From positions 2,137-66,136 of the forward strand of contig CALUCM010000004.1 of assembly GCA_943914555.1 (NCBI GenBank): a DNA stretch of 64,000 nucleotides. Direction: 5' to 3'. The position numbers and the translations under genes are program-made. The notes under the pieces are model-generated. The model ran no database searches and was not told the origin of the DNA. It worked only from the letters and a program-made list of their open reading frames with translations. This DNA comes from an uncultured Francisella sp. Lineage in GTDB: Bacteria; Pseudomonadota; Gammaproteobacteria; Burkholderiales; Neisseriaceae. This document shows positions 10,316-20,772 of this stretch, piece by piece. Positions within the stretch are counted from its first letter, which is position 1, and each line of letters opens with the position of its first letter.

Positions 10316-11219
10316 TTGCTTTCATAACATGTAAGCCACTGTTAGCACATATTTCACCAATGTGGCTAAGCTGTACTCCCTCTTCCTTAGCCAGATTTAA
10401 AAGAGCCGTTCTATTTTTCTTATCGGCAGTAAATAAGATCTCATAATCATCTCCTCCACTTAGTATCCATTCATTATAGTACGAATATTCTTCAAGTTTA
10501 CCAAGAGAAGCGATAGCATCTACATTGATTTTAGCGCCTTTATGGGAAGAACTAAGAATATGGTTAAGATCTTGTAATAAACCATCTGAAAGATCTTGTG
10601 CCGCATGAATAAAAGGCTTTGCCCTGGACATAAAAGAAAGATAAATAGGCGGGTACCGGCGATGTTGCTCACATATTGTGAATATCTCTTTTTTTAAAAT
10701 TACCTTATGCCAATGATGGTACAGTGCAGCAGCTGCAAGCCCCAAACGACCAGTATGCCAAATATCATCCCCTTCATACGCGTTGTCTCGTTGTAAACCC
10801 CTGCCTTCTGTTTCACCAATAATGGTAATATTAATAATCAAAGAAGACCCCTTGCATGTATCGCCACCAATCAATTGAACATGATAACAATCTAATAAAG
10901 CAAAAAAAGTAGCAAAAAACTCATCCAACCAAGATTTTTTTAAGGAAGGTGCTGCTAAAGATAATAGTATCCAGCGTGCTTTCGCCCCCATGGCAGCTAT
11001 ATCAGAAAAATTAGTAGCTAAACTTCGGTAAGCAACAGTCTGTGCATTATCCCACGAAAAAAAATGTTCATTCTCAAGTAACATATCCGAACTAATGTGC
11101 CAACAGCGGTTTTGATCAATGCGAATACTAGCCGCATCATCTCCAATCCCTAATAATAAACTGTCATCAGGATGACATCTGGCACGCAAATAGTGATCAA
11201 TGAATTCAAATTCTCTCAT
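10251..11219 (-). CDS. thiL: Thiamine-monophosphate kinase
   Basis: It has a ThiL-like N-terminus (EFEFIDHYL....LLLGIGDDAA) and is 322 aa long. thiL next to pgpA is a conserved gene pair. Confidence 0.82.
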   Translation of the reverse strand: MREFEFIDHYLRARCHPDDSLLLGIGDDAASIRIDQNRCWHISSDMLLENEHFFSWDNAQTVAYRSLATNFSDIAAMGAKARWILLSLAAPSLKKSWLDEFFATFFALLDCYHVQLIGGDTCKGSSLIINITIIGETEGRGLQRDNAYEGDDIWHTGRLGLAAAALYHHWHKVILKKEIFTICEQHRRYPPIYLSFMSRAKPFIHAAQDLSDGLLQDLNHILSSSHKGAKINVDAIASLGKLEEYSYYNEWILSGGDDYEILFTADKKNRTALLNLAKEEGVQLSHIGEICANSGLHVMKANEPLWYSHKGFDHFEENTAVD

Positions 11220-11292
11220 TAGCTAAGTATTTTATTTTGACTGAGGCTTATTATACAATTACGTATTTTAGCTCTATTTTAGCCTATTTTTT

Positions 11293-12882
11293 ATGACCTT
11301 AGAATCAGCCATCAATAAAAGGCGAACCTTCGCCATTATCTCTCACCCTGACGCTGGTAAAACAACCTTAACAGAAAAATTATTACTTTTTTCAGGGGCA
11401 ATTCAAAAGGCAGGAACAGTCAAAGGTAAGAAATCTGGCAAATTTGCTACTTCTGATTGGATGGAAATAGAAAAACAACGTGGCATCTCAGTGGTATCTA
11501 GTGTCATGCAATTTAGCTATCGTGATCATGTGATTAATTTACTTGACACACCAGGTCACCAAGATTTTTCAGAAGATACTTATCGCGTATTAACCGCAGT
11601 TAATAGCGCATTGATGGTGATTGATGGCGCCAAGGGTGTAGAAAGCCAAACAATTAAACTTTTGGAAGTATGTCGCTTACGCGCTACTCCAGTCATCGCT
11701 TTTATGAATAAATTTGACCGGGAAGCGAAAGATCCTTTATCACTATTGGATGAAATAGAAAATATTTTAAATATCCGCTGTGCTGTTGTGACTTGGCCAA
11801 TCGGTTCTGGTAAAAATTTTAAGGGGGTATACCACCTATTAACTAATGAAATTCGCCTTTTTAAAGCTGGGGAGGACCATATACATCAAACAAAACAACA
11901 AATAGTGACCAACTTAGATGATCCTTTACTAGATAAGCTTTTTCCCATTGAAGCACAGCAACTCAGGAGCGACATAGAGTTGATACGCTCTGCTTCTCAT
12001 TCTTTTGTCTTAGAAGACTTTTTACAAGGCACATTAGCCCCAGTTTTTTTTGGTTCCGCAATTAATAATTTTGGAGTACGTGAACTACTGGATGCCTTAA
12101 TTGATTGGGCTCCACCGCCTCAACCAGAACACGCATTAGAGCGCGAAGTGCATCCTACAGAAAATCAATTTTCAGGATTCGTGTTTAAAATACAAGCAAA
12201 TATGGATCCTAAGCATCGTGATCGTATGGCTTTTCTAAAAATCTGCTCCGGGGCACTTTCACGTGATATGAAAATCAAACATCTGCGGCTAAAACGAGAT
12301 ATTTCTGCTTCTTCGGTGGTTTCTTTCATGTCTGAAGATAGGATTTTAATTGAGCAAGCTTACGCAGGCGATATCATTGGGATTCCCAATCACGGTAATA
12401 TTCAAATAGGAGATAGTTTTAGTGAAAAAGAAGAATTGACCTTCACGGGTATTCCCTACTTTGCACCAGAATTATTTAAAAAAATAGTAATCAAAAATCC
12501 TCTAAAAACCAAACAACTGCACAAGGGATTACAGCAATTAAGTGAAGAAGGAGCTATTCAAGTTTTTCGACCTTTATCAGGAGTAGAAATTATTTTAGGT
12601 GCGGTGGGACAGTTACAATTTGAAGTGGCAATTTCTCGCTTGCAAGAAGAATACGGGGTTGATGCCTTCTTTGAGTCTTGCGAAATTTACTCTGCACGCT
12701 GGGTAGATGCTGATAAAAAAAGTGATTTAGATCAATTTATTAAAGCTGTGTCTACTCAGCTAAGCTATGATGCAGCACAGAAACTTGCTTATCTTGCGCC
12801 TAATCGAGTCAATCTTGATTTAATACAGGAACGTTGGCCAAACATCCATTTTTACACTACTCGTGAACATGCTATTTCTTAA
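11293..12882 (+). CDS. prfC: Peptide chain release factor 3
   Basis: 529 aa with GTPase motifs [16 protein letters not shown] and DTPGHQDF and overall RF3 length and architecture. Confidence 0.9.
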   Translation: MTLESAINKRRTFAIISHPDAGKTTLTEKLLLFSGAIQKAGTVKGKKSGKFATSDWMEIEKQRGISVVSSVMQFSYRDHVINLLDTPGHQDFSEDTYRVLTAVNSALMVIDGAKGVESQTIKLLEVCRLRATPVIAFMNKFDREAKDPLSLLDEIENILNIRCAVVTWPIGSGKNFKGVYHLLTNEIRLFKAGEDHIHQTKQQIVTNLDDPLLDKLFPIEAQQLRSDIELIRSASHSFVLEDFLQGTLAPVFFGSAINNFGVRELLDALIDWAPPPQPEHALEREVHPTENQFSGFVFKIQANMDPKHRDRMAFLKICSGALSRDMKIKHLRLKRDISASSVVSFMSEDRILIEQAYAGDIIGIPNHGNIQIGDSFSEKEELTFTGIPYFAPELFKKIVIKNPLKTKQLHKGLQQLSEEGAIQVFRPLSGVEIILGAVGQLQFEVAISRLQEEYGVDAFFESCEIYSARWVDADKKSDLDQFIKAVSTQLSYDAAQKLAYLAPNRVNLDLIQERWPNIHFYTTREHAIS

Positions 12883-13426
12883 AATGTTTTTTTCTTCGAT
12901 GTTGCTTCTCTTGATTAATATAGCATTTAAAAGCATAAGAAGCGATCCAATAACCAGGAATGGCCAAACAAAGCCCTAAAATAGGCACCCCTAGTAAAAG
13001 ATAAGTAGCGCTATGGTGTAACCAATCAACAAACTGCGAAAAATTCCAAGAAGATAGTTGCGTTAAACTGAGCGCCTGGGTCTGTTTTGTTGGTCCTAAA
13101 ATAGTTTTCCCAATCAAATAAGCCAAGTAATATAACGGGGCATAAGTGAAAGGATTACTGTATAGCGTGGTGATTATAGCGATGGGTAAGTGAGCACGCA
13201 GAAGATAAGCCACCAATAGGGCTGAAATCATCTGGGTCGGTCCTGGCATCAATCCACAAAATAATCCGATTGCAACTGCTAGCGACACATTTTTACGTCG
13301 TAAGTGCCAGTAATCGTGGTGATCAAAGTAAGATTCTAAAAAGCTAAGACGCCCTTTAAACAGTTGTTTTTTTGAAGGTAATCTATGCTTAATAGTACCA
13401 ATATATGACCTTATTCGCTCTAACAT
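12872..13426 (-). CDS. DUF2062-family membrane protein
   Basis: 184 aa multi-TM protein whose [13 protein letters not shown] block is typical of DUF2062. It converges on prfC with an 11-nt overlap. Confidence 0.55.
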   Translation of the reverse strand: MLERIRSYIGTIKHRLPSKKQLFKGRLSFLESYFDHHDYWHLRRKNVSLAVAIGLFCGLMPGPTQMISALLVAYLLRAHLPIAIITTLYSNPFTYAPLYYLAYLIGKTILGPTKQTQALSLTQLSSWNFSQFVDWLHHSATYLLLGVPILGLCLAIPGYWIASYAFKCYINQEKQHRRKKHFKK

Positions 13427-13441
13427 GATTCTTTATTCTAT

Positions 13442-14008
13442 CTAGATTTTTGGTAGAGTGACTCCCGTTTGTTGCATATATTTGCCGTTACGGTCTTTGT
13501 ATGACACCTCACAATCTTCATCACTTTCAAAGAAAATTACTTGTGCAACTCCTTCTCCTGCATAAATCTTCGCTGGCAATGGTGTGGTATTAGAAAATTC
13601 TAAAGTCACATAACCCTCCCACTCTGGTTCAAAGGGAGTGACATTCACAATAATTCCACAACGAGCATAGGTAGATTTCCCCAAACAAACAGTAAGAATT
13701 TTGCGCGGAATGCGAAAGTACTCGACAGTACGTGCTAAAGCAAAAGAATTAGGAGGGATAATGCAATGATCTGCTTTAATCTGTACAAAATTCAATGGAT
13801 CAAAGGCCTTAGGATCAACCATGGTATTATTGATATTGGTAAAAATCTTAAATTCTTCAGCACAGCGAATATCATATCCATAGCTTGATGTGCCATAGGA
13901 AATTATCTTTTTACCATCAATCTCTTTCACTTGGCTCTCAACAAAGGGATCAATCATACCCATTTCCTTACTCATACGCTTAATCCAACGATCTGATTTA
14001 ATACTCAT
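13442..14008 (-). CDS. dcd: dCTP deaminase
   Basis: 188 aa with the RWIKRM N-terminus and overall Dcd similarity. Confidence 0.85.
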   Translation of the reverse strand: MSIKSDRWIKRMSKEMGMIDPFVESQVKEIDGKKIISYGTSSYGYDIRCAEEFKIFTNINNTMVDPKAFDPLNFVQIKADHCIIPPNSFALARTVEYFRIPRKILTVCLGKSTYARCGIIVNVTPFEPEWEGYVTLEFSNTTPLPAKIYAGEGVAQVIFFESDEDCEVSYKDRNGKYMQQTGVTLPKI

Positions 14009-14897
14009 CTCTTTTCAATCCTCCTGCAGCCTTTATTAATATCTCATATAATGAGGTCAAATCTTGAGCAAATAACCATTGGAATGTAAGTGCGTCATTT
14101 GGGTCTATCTCTATCGCCTGCTGCTTTTCCACATATTGAATACTTTTCAAACTAAAATCTTCACATAAAATAAAACGTAATTTATCTTGCCAAATGAGCG
14201 CTAATTGACTGACAAAATGGTCCTTTTTAAGTATTCCAACTACTTCTTTACTTTGGATATCTTGATTTACAAAACGGCTCACACTCTTAATATTTGCAAT
14301 ATTTTTTAATTCGCAGTAATTACCTATAACCAAATCACTAGGTAAGCTACCATCATCCAGTAGCCACTGACTCATTAAATCAGTAGCAGCCTTGTCGCAT
14401 GATATTAAAGCTGCTTCAAAACTGCCTAAGGCTTGACGTAGATATGACAATAATTCTTCTCGTTTATTCGCTTGAGCTTGATTAACTAGTAAAAACCCCT
14501 TATCACTGATATAAATCGCCTCAATAGTGGAAGTCTGGCTAAAAGCCCGAGGTAATAATTCATCTAATACTCTTTGTTTTAAAGCTTTTTTATCTTTAAT
14601 AGAAAGTTGCCGATGCTCTTTTTCTTCTATTTCTTTAATTTTACGCTCAGACTCTTGTCTGAGTACAGAAGCTGGTAACAATCTTTTTTCTTTGCGCAAT
14701 TGTATTTTCCAACTATTCTGAGCTGTGATAACCATTTGATCACTAAAATCATAAGGTGGAGCAAAGCCCTGCTCTGCTATGCTAAGATCAAGTAACAAGG
14801 GGATAGCATGTTTTTGCAGGCTGGTTTCCCAGATATTAATACTTGGCACTAAAGAAGGATTAATATGAAATAAACTTAACTGACTAAATGCCTTCAT
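13998..14897 (-). CDS. rdgC: Recombination-associated protein RdgC
   Basis: 299 aa. [10 protein letters not shown] matches E. coli HSLLPRAFSR, and the C-terminal [16 protein letters not shown] matches LALDWQQRIQFVMCDD. Confidence 0.85.
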   Translation of the reverse strand: MKAFSQLSLFHINPSLVPSINIWETSLQKHAIPLLLDLSIAEQGFAPPYDFSDQMVITAQNSWKIQLRKEKRLLPASVLRQESERKIKEIEEKEHRQLSIKDKKALKQRVLDELLPRAFSQTSTIEAIYISDKGFLLVNQAQANKREELLSYLRQALGSFEAALISCDKAATDLMSQWLLDDGSLPSDLVIGNYCELKNIANIKSVSRFVNQDIQSKEVVGILKKDHFVSQLALIWQDKLRFILCEDFSLKSIQYVEKQQAIEIDPNDALTFQWLFAQDLTSLYEILIKAAGGLKRDEY

Positions 14898-15772
14898 TTT
14901 GCTCTTAATCCTTGGACAATTAAACGTATATTATGGCGCATAAGTTGAAGATAATCAGCAGCATCACCTGATGTTGCGCTTAAACTATCAGAATATAATC
15001 CCCCTATCACACAAGTATTTGTTGATTTAGCTACTTGCCTACTTAAACGGATATTTGAATCCATTTCAGAAAAGATGCAGCGTGTTTTTTTTACGTGAAT
15101 TTCATTTATCGCGCTAACAATTGCCTTGGCAGAAATATCGGCATGATGATGTTTTGGCTCCAAACTCAAATACTCCAGACCATAACGATTAGCCAAATAA
15201 TGAAAACCTCCATGTGTTGTTACTAATAAAGAGTGCACCGGTAGCTGCGAAAATGTTTTCGTAGAAAATCTGGCAAATTCAATCAATTGCTTGGCATATT
15301 GACGATATCTATGCAAATAAAAAGAACAATGTAGTTGATCATGCAAACACAATGCCTTAGTAATGCTTGCCACTGCGCGATTACTTAAACCAATGTCATG
15401 CCAAGTATGAGGGTCAATATGACCATTTTTAAATGATAATAGTTGAGAGCGAGGATAACTGTTTTCTAAAAGAATTAATTTCTTAGGATATTTTCTCATC
15501 GCTCTTGTTAATGCCGGGATTTCTAGCCCCAAGCCCTGCCCAATGATCAAATCTGCAGTGTGTAGGCTCATTAAGTCGTGGGCAGTAGGTTCATAGTCAT
15601 GGGCATTTCTATCAAAGGGGACAAGTGAAGTGACCTTAACTTGCTCTCCCCCAATTTGCTTGACCCAATCAGCAATGATACTAAAACTAGCCACAACTTG
15701 TAGCGGTTTTGCTACTGAGCATTGGAGTAAAAATAAGCTTAAGACAAGCCCGATACAAATGCGTTTTATCAT
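14894..15772 (-). CDS. Metal (Zn/Mn-type, cluster 9 TroA/ZnuA-like) ABC transporter substrate-binding protein
   Basis: It has a signal peptide, a short His run (KHHH) and a ZnuA/TroA-like fold. Metal specificity cannot be assigned from sequence. Confidence 0.75.
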   Translation of the reverse strand: MIKRICIGLVLSLFLLQCSVAKPLQVVASFSIIADWVKQIGGEQVKVTSLVPFDRNAHDYEPTAHDLMSLHTADLIIGQGLGLEIPALTRAMRKYPKKLILLENSYPRSQLLSFKNGHIDPHTWHDIGLSNRAVASITKALCLHDQLHCSFYLHRYRQYAKQLIEFARFSTKTFSQLPVHSLLVTTHGGFHYLANRYGLEYLSLEPKHHHADISAKAIVSAINEIHVKKTRCIFSEMDSNIRLSRQVAKSTNTCVIGGLYSDSLSATSGDAADYLQLMRHNIRLIVQGLRAK

Positions 15773-15783
15773 AATTTGCTTCT

Positions 15784-16632
15784 TTATCGTTGAATAAAAT
15801 AAGATCTAAGGCTTCCTTTAATAAATAAAGAAAGAAGATAGAGTATACCGCCACATAAGATAATGGTCGCACCTGCAGCGAAATCAAAATAAAAAGAACA
15901 TAAAAGGCCGATTACCCCACTTATCAAAGAAAAAATAAACGCTCCTATTAAAAGGATAGAAATACGATGAAACCATAGTTGAGCAGTGATAGCAGGTATA
16001 ATCATTAACCCGACCGATAATAAAGTTCCAAAAGTCTGAAAACCTGAAACCAAATTAAGCACAACCAAAAACTGAAATATCAATACAAAAAGTAAAGGAT
16101 GACTTTTTAAACCACGCAAAAAAGTTGGTTCAACGGTATCTATATAAAGTGGTCGAAAAATAATCATCAAAGTAACTAAACTGAACGAGCAGGCGCAAGC
16201 AATCCACAATAAATTTTGATGCGAGATTTGAAACAATGAACCAAATAAAAAGCTCATTAAATCAGTACTAGAACCAAACTTATTAACCAAAATCACCCCA
16301 AGAGCTAAAGAACTAAGATAAAAACCAGCAAAGCTTGCATCTTCCTTTAACTCATTTTTATCACTGGCCAAGCTACTACCCAATAAACTAAGATAACCAG
16401 TAACTAATCCACCAACACTCATTACAATTGGGTTAAGGCCGCTTAACATAAAGCCAATCGCCACACCTGGTAAAATAGCATGACTTAAAGCATCCCCCAT
16501 TAAGCTCATACGGCGCATGATTAAAAAAACCCCAAGGGGCGCAATAGCCAAACTTTGGTAGAAAATTGCGAGTAAGGCAAAACGCATAAATTCATATTCA
16601 ACAAAGGGGCGGCACAGATAATGATAAAACAT
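15784..16632 (-). CDS. Metal ABC transporter permease (ZnuB/MntB-like)
   Basis: Polytopic membrane protein. Start is taken at the internal ATG at 16632 (MFYHYL), which avoids overlap with the upstream ATPase gene. Confidence 0.75.
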   Translation of the reverse strand: MFYHYLCRPFVEYEFMRFALLAIFYQSLAIAPLGVFLIMRRMSLMGDALSHAILPGVAIGFMLSGLNPIVMSVGGLVTGYLSLLGSSLASDKNELKEDASFAGFYLSSLALGVILVNKFGSSTDLMSFLFGSLFQISHQNLLWIACACSFSLVTLMIIFRPLYIDTVEPTFLRGLKSHPLLFVLIFQFLVVLNLVSGFQTFGTLLSVGLMIIPAITAQLWFHRISILLIGAFIFSLISGVIGLLCSFYFDFAAGATIILCGGILYLLSLFIKGSLRSYFIQR

Positions 16633-16636
16633 GCTT

Positions 16637-17302
16637 TCATTTTCCCTGAGTAATGAAAGCATTAGAAACCTTATGACTTACTTTATCTAACTGCACAACC
16701 TGTGAAAAATGTTGTGCCACTATATCATTATTGTGTAATACGGCAATCACTGTTTTGCCTTCCTTGCGTAAACGGGCAAATAATGACAGAAAACACTGTG
16801 TACTACCCTCATCAACAGCATTGAATGGTTCATCCAAAAGCAAGAAATCAGCCTTTTGTACTAAAGCTCGTGCTAAACGTGAGCGCTGTAGTTGACCGCG
16901 AGAAAGCCGATCAATCGATTGTTTGGCCAAATCTTGCAAACCAACCACATGCAGTGCATCTTGCACCTGTTGCACTTGTGAAGAATTGATCGTTTTATAA
17001 AAAGAAATTTCATACCAAAGACCAAAACAAACGAATTCAAATACAGTTAGCATAGCTGATGCATGAAATTGTGGCTCTTGTGCAAGATAGGCCATAGCAG
17101 GGGGCGGTACATCAACCCATTGTATCCGACCGCTTAGTGGTCTAATTAAACGATAAATGGTTTTTAGTAAAGTAGATTTGCCGCTGCCGTTTCTTCCACA
17201 AATAGCCCATTGCTCACCTTGTTTAAAACATAGATCAATATTTTTAAGCACCAAATGTTTGCGATAGGCAACGTTCACTGCTTGCAAAATAATTTGCCCC
17301 AT
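16637..17302 (-). CDS. Metal ABC transporter ATP-binding protein (ZnuC/MntA-like)
   Basis: It has Walker A GRNGSGKST, ABC signature LSRGQLQR and Walker B LLLDEP. Confidence 0.85.
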   Translation of the reverse strand: MGQIILQAVNVAYRKHLVLKNIDLCFKQGEQWAICGRNGSGKSTLLKTIYRLIRPLSGRIQWVDVPPPAMAYLAQEPQFHASAMLTVFEFVCFGLWYEISFYKTINSSQVQQVQDALHVVGLQDLAKQSIDRLSRGQLQRSRLARALVQKADFLLLDEPFNAVDEGSTQCFLSLFARLRKEGKTVIAVLHNNDIVAQHFSQVVQLDKVSHKVSNAFITQGK

Positions 17303-17515
17303 GTTTTAACCCCATACATAAAAGCTAAGCCATATGGATCCCAATAAGGGAATAAGCAGTACAACACGTTTAAAAACACTGATCAGCAATAATGTGCGCA
17401 TGAAAAATAATGGAGAAAAATATACTTAAGGTATCATAGTAACAGAAAAAGATACATGAACGAATAGAACCTTATTTTCAATAAACAATCCAAAGCTAGC
17501 AACAAAAGGAGAATC

Positions 17516-18028
17516 ATGAATTTACTTTTATGGCGACATGCTGATGCTGAAGCTCTTGACAACGATTTAGCGCGCCAATTAACCATTAAGGGCAAAGAGC
17601 AAGCGCGAAAAATGGCTCAGTGGATTAATGCCCACTTTTATCAAGACTACACCTGCTGGGTTTCTCAAGCAAAAAGAACCCAGCAAACCGCATCATACTT
17701 AACAGAAAACATGGTCATCAATAGTAAGCTCAATCCGGGAGCAAATGTACAAAAAATTATTGATGAGTTAGCAAAGCTTAAAAGCAATACCGATCTCATC
17801 CTAGTGGGTCATCAACCTTGGATAGGTAAGCTGGCTTTATTTCTAATTAATGGATATCACTATCCTAATAGTTATTTATCCTTTAAAAAAGCCAACATCT
17901 GGTGGCTAGAAAATAAAGATGGTTTTAATCACGCAAGCAGCTTTTTTCATCTTAAAGCCGTGCTGAGCCCTGCGCTACTCAAAGAATCTGCTGCAAAAAA
18001 AACATTAAAAAGATCACAATCAAAATAA
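17516..18028 (+). CDS. sixA: Phosphohistidine phosphatase SixA (histidine phosphatase superfamily)
   Basis: LWRHADAE aligns with SixA MRHGDA, and LILVGHQPWIGKL with VISHLPLVGYL. The 3' end overlaps the convergent ubiB by 50 nt. Confidence 0.7.
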   Translation: MNLLLWRHADAEALDNDLARQLTIKGKEQARKMAQWINAHFYQDYTCWVSQAKRTQQTASYLTENMVINSKLNPGANVQKIIDELAKLKSNTDLILVGHQPWIGKLALFLINGYHYPNSYLSFKKANIWWLENKDGFNHASSFFHLKAVLSPALLKESAAKKTLKRSQSK

Positions 18029-19496
18029 TGAGACAGAGCTGTATCATTTTTTGCTGACGCATTAAAATACGCAAACTTTTTTCTTGATGCTCCAATCGTT
18101 GGTCTAAAACACGATCAATTTTTCTGGGCAGCTGAGGCAGAATTCGACTCCATAATAAAGATTCATTTTTAATATTTCTCCATAAAGCAGGAAAACCTAA
18201 TTGTTCCTTAGTCCAGCGTTCAAAAAAAGGTTTACCAATTTGCCATAGATCTAAATCAGGATTTAGCTGCCTACCTAAACCTTCAACATTAAGCAATGTT
18301 TTTTGTAGTAGTACTAATTGAGATTGCACCTCAATATTAAAACGTCGGCTTACCTGAAATAAACGCAGCAGTACTAGACCAAAGGAAATACGTGCCAAAG
18401 GTTGATTAAAAATTGGTTCACACACATAACGAATGGCTGCTTCTAGTTCTTCCACTCTTGTTTCACTGGGTGCCCAACCAGATTCGATATGGGTCTCTGC
18501 TACCTTACGGTAATCACGATTAAAAAAAGCAAGAAAATTAATGGCTAAATAGCGTTTATCATGATCTGTTAACGAACCAAAAATACCGAAATCTAAGGCA
18601 ATATAACGTCCATCATCGGCAACCCAAATATTGCCCGGATGCATATCAGCATGAAAAAAACCTTCATTAAATACTTGTTCAAAAAAAAGGGTCACTCCCG
18701 CTGCAGACAATTTTTTTAAATCAATATTTTTGGCTTTTAACTGTGCAATATCATTAACCGGTACACCTTCCATCCATTCCAATGTGAGTACATGTTCGGT
18801 ACAATAATCAAAATACACTTTCGGTGCAATCACTAAAGGACTGTTTAAAAAACGGCGTCGAAATAAGCTAGCATTGGCCGCTTCGTTAAGAAAACTAATT
18901 TCGCTATCAAGGCATTTTTTAAATTCCAGCAATACTTCTTTTAATTTCAAACGCTTGGCATCTGTAGATAGCCATTCTAGAAAGCTACAAATACATGAAA
19001 TTAGACGAGTATCTTGCTCAATCAATGCCTTGACATTGGGGCGGATAATCTTAACAGCAACTTTTTGGCCGCTACCTCTAAGACGAGCTTGGTGTACTTG
19101 CGCAATAGAAGCACTAGCTACTGGAATTGGATCAAAATGACAATATAACTCCTCTGGTAAACGTTTAAAATCTAAAAGTATCTGCTGACTCGCTAAATGG
19201 CTGTCAAAAGGAACCACATCATTTTGTAAATGGGAAAGTTCATCAATGTATTCCTTTGAAAAAATATCTGGTCTGGTCGACAGCACTTGACCAAATTTAA
19301 TAAAAATAGGACCTAATTCTTCCAACGCGCGACGCAAACGCACCGGTAAGCTTAAATCGGAGAAACGATTGGAAAGAGGATAATAGCGTAATAGTTTCCT
19401 CAAACTCCAAGGAAGATTATCCCGCTTAATGAGCTCTATTAAAGAGTAGCGGTGGACAATACTTAAGATATTAAACAGTCTAAATAATGATTTCAT
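17979..19496 (-). CDS. ubiB: Ubiquinone biosynthesis protein kinase UbiB
   Basis: 505 aa with LGPIFIKFGQVLSTRPDI, ASASIAQVH and ADMHPGNI, ending in C-terminal TM helices. These are UbiB/ABC1 atypical kinase features. Confidence 0.9.
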   Translation of the reverse strand: MKSLFRLFNILSIVHRYSLIELIKRDNLPWSLRKLLRYYPLSNRFSDLSLPVRLRRALEELGPIFIKFGQVLSTRPDIFSKEYIDELSHLQNDVVPFDSHLASQQILLDFKRLPEELYCHFDPIPVASASIAQVHQARLRGSGQKVAVKIIRPNVKALIEQDTRLISCICSFLEWLSTDAKRLKLKEVLLEFKKCLDSEISFLNEAANASLFRRRFLNSPLVIAPKVYFDYCTEHVLTLEWMEGVPVNDIAQLKAKNIDLKKLSAAGVTLFFEQVFNEGFFHADMHPGNIWVADDGRYIALDFGIFGSLTDHDKRYLAINFLAFFNRDYRKVAETHIESGWAPSETRVEELEAAIRYVCEPIFNQPLARISFGLVLLRLFQVSRRFNIEVQSQLVLLQKTLLNVEGLGRQLNPDLDLWQIGKPFFERWTKEQLGFPALWRNIKNESLLWSRILPQLPRKIDRVLDQRLEHQEKSLRILMRQQKMIQLCLIILIVIFLMFFLQQIL

Positions 19497-19652
19497 GTAT
19501 CATCCATAGCTTTAAGGTTCTTTATGAAAAGCAGGCTTAAAGCCAGGATTTTACAAAATTTTTTTCACCTTGACCAGCTAAAATAAATACGAATATCCAC
19601 TTATGTAAGCAAATTTGCTATGATGTGCCCTTAAATTTGAAAGGAGTGATTT

Positions 19653-20051
19653 ATGTCTAACGCTAAAAAAATAATTCACACAAAAAAAGCACCTCAGCCG
19701 ATCGGCGCATATTCTCAGGCTATTGAGGTTAGTCAGTCAGAAAAAATAATTTATCTTTCTGGCCAAATTCCTTTATCACCAGAAACAGGGCAGTTGATTG
19801 GTGAAGATTTTATCACTCAGGCAAAACAAGTATTTAGCAATATCAATGCTGTACTTTGCGCTGCTGGAAGTAGCTTTACCGATTTGGTTAAATTAAATGT
19901 TTACCTGATTGACATTAATCACACTCCTATTCTTAATCAAGTCATGCAAGAGATTTTTCATGATGCATTCCCTGCCCGTAGCACAGTGCAAGTGTGTAAA
20001 TTACCAGCAAACGCCCTGATAGAAATTGAAGCAATCGCTTTAGCTCACTGA
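19653..20051 (+). CDS. ridA: RidA/YjgF-family reactive enamine/imine deaminase
   Basis: 132 aa with APQPIGAYSQAI and the typical RidA length. Confidence 0.85.
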   Translation: MSNAKKIIHTKKAPQPIGAYSQAIEVSQSEKIIYLSGQIPLSPETGQLIGEDFITQAKQVFSNINAVLCAAGSSFTDLVKLNVYLIDINHTPILNQVMQEIFHDAFPARSTVQVCKLPANALIEIEAIALAH

Positions 20052-20166
20052 TAGTGATTGATATGCATTCATAACAGGGTTAGCTTAGCAAGTATTTTAT
20101 AATATCGGTAAAACTAAATTATTGTGCACTAATTTGATAATTCAAACCATTGCTTTATTTTAGCGG

Positions 20167-20757
20167 CTATTCCACCTGATGCAACAATTTTTTTACTAAT
20201 CGTGGTACTGCCTCACCTGCCTTGGCTTGAATAACCGTTACATCCTCTCGCTGTGTATCAGGTTTGGGGTCAACAAGATAAATAGGTATGTCTGCAACTA
20301 CAATATTTGGTACCGCTTCACCAAACCACACCACATGCGGACGCAAAGGACCACCTTGACTGTCTGTATCTGCGGAACTTAAATCTCCTTGCCAGTCTAA
20401 AATTTCCTGCTCATTAGTAAGAGAACGCACCTTATTGAGCTCCCCATGCAGATGAATGATATTTTTACTGCCCGCTCGTTCATGCAAATCATCAATATTC
20501 TGTGTGATAATGCTTACCTCATAGGATTTCTCTAATTGTTTGAGGGCATAATGCGCAGCATTGGGCTGTGCTTTTTTTAGTTCTCTACGCCGAGCATTGT
20601 AAAAAGCCAATACTAATTCCGGGTTTCTGGCATATCCTTCCGGGGTTGCAACCTCTAAAACCGGATATCCTTCCCATAGCCCTCCAGCATCACGGAAAGT
20701 TTTAATACCGCTTTCTTGGCTAATTCCAGCCCCAGTTAATACCACTATTTTTTTCAT
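20167..20757 (-). CDS. cobB: Sir2-family NAD-dependent deacylase (CobB-like), shortened and lacking Zn-binding cysteines
   Basis: [30 protein letters not shown] and [26 protein letters not shown]...[11 protein letters not shown] align to E. coli CobB [25 protein letters not shown]...[11 protein letters not shown]. The four Zn-ribbon Cys are replaced. Only 196 aa; the GTS/VYPAA strand after FGE appears deleted. Confidence 0.7.
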   Translation of the reverse strand: MKKIVVLTGAGISQESGIKTFRDAGGLWEGYPVLEVATPEGYARNPELVLAFYNARRRELKKAQPNAAHYALKQLEKSYEVSIITQNIDDLHERAGSKNIIHLHGELNKVRSLTNEQEILDWQGDLSSADTDSQGGPLRPHVVWFGEAVPNIVVADIPIYLVDPKPDTQREDVTVIQAKAGEAVPRLVKKLLHQVE

Positions 20758-20772
20758 AGCCCATGAATTATC

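Noticed and set aside
17303-17515. Zur or Fur box in the divergent znuC-like/sixA promoter region
   Set aside because: Only a direct repeat of ATAATG (about 17388 and 17409) is present. There is no palindromic Zur box (GTAATGTTATAACATTAC-like) or 19-bp Fur box, so metal specificity and regulator remain unassigned.
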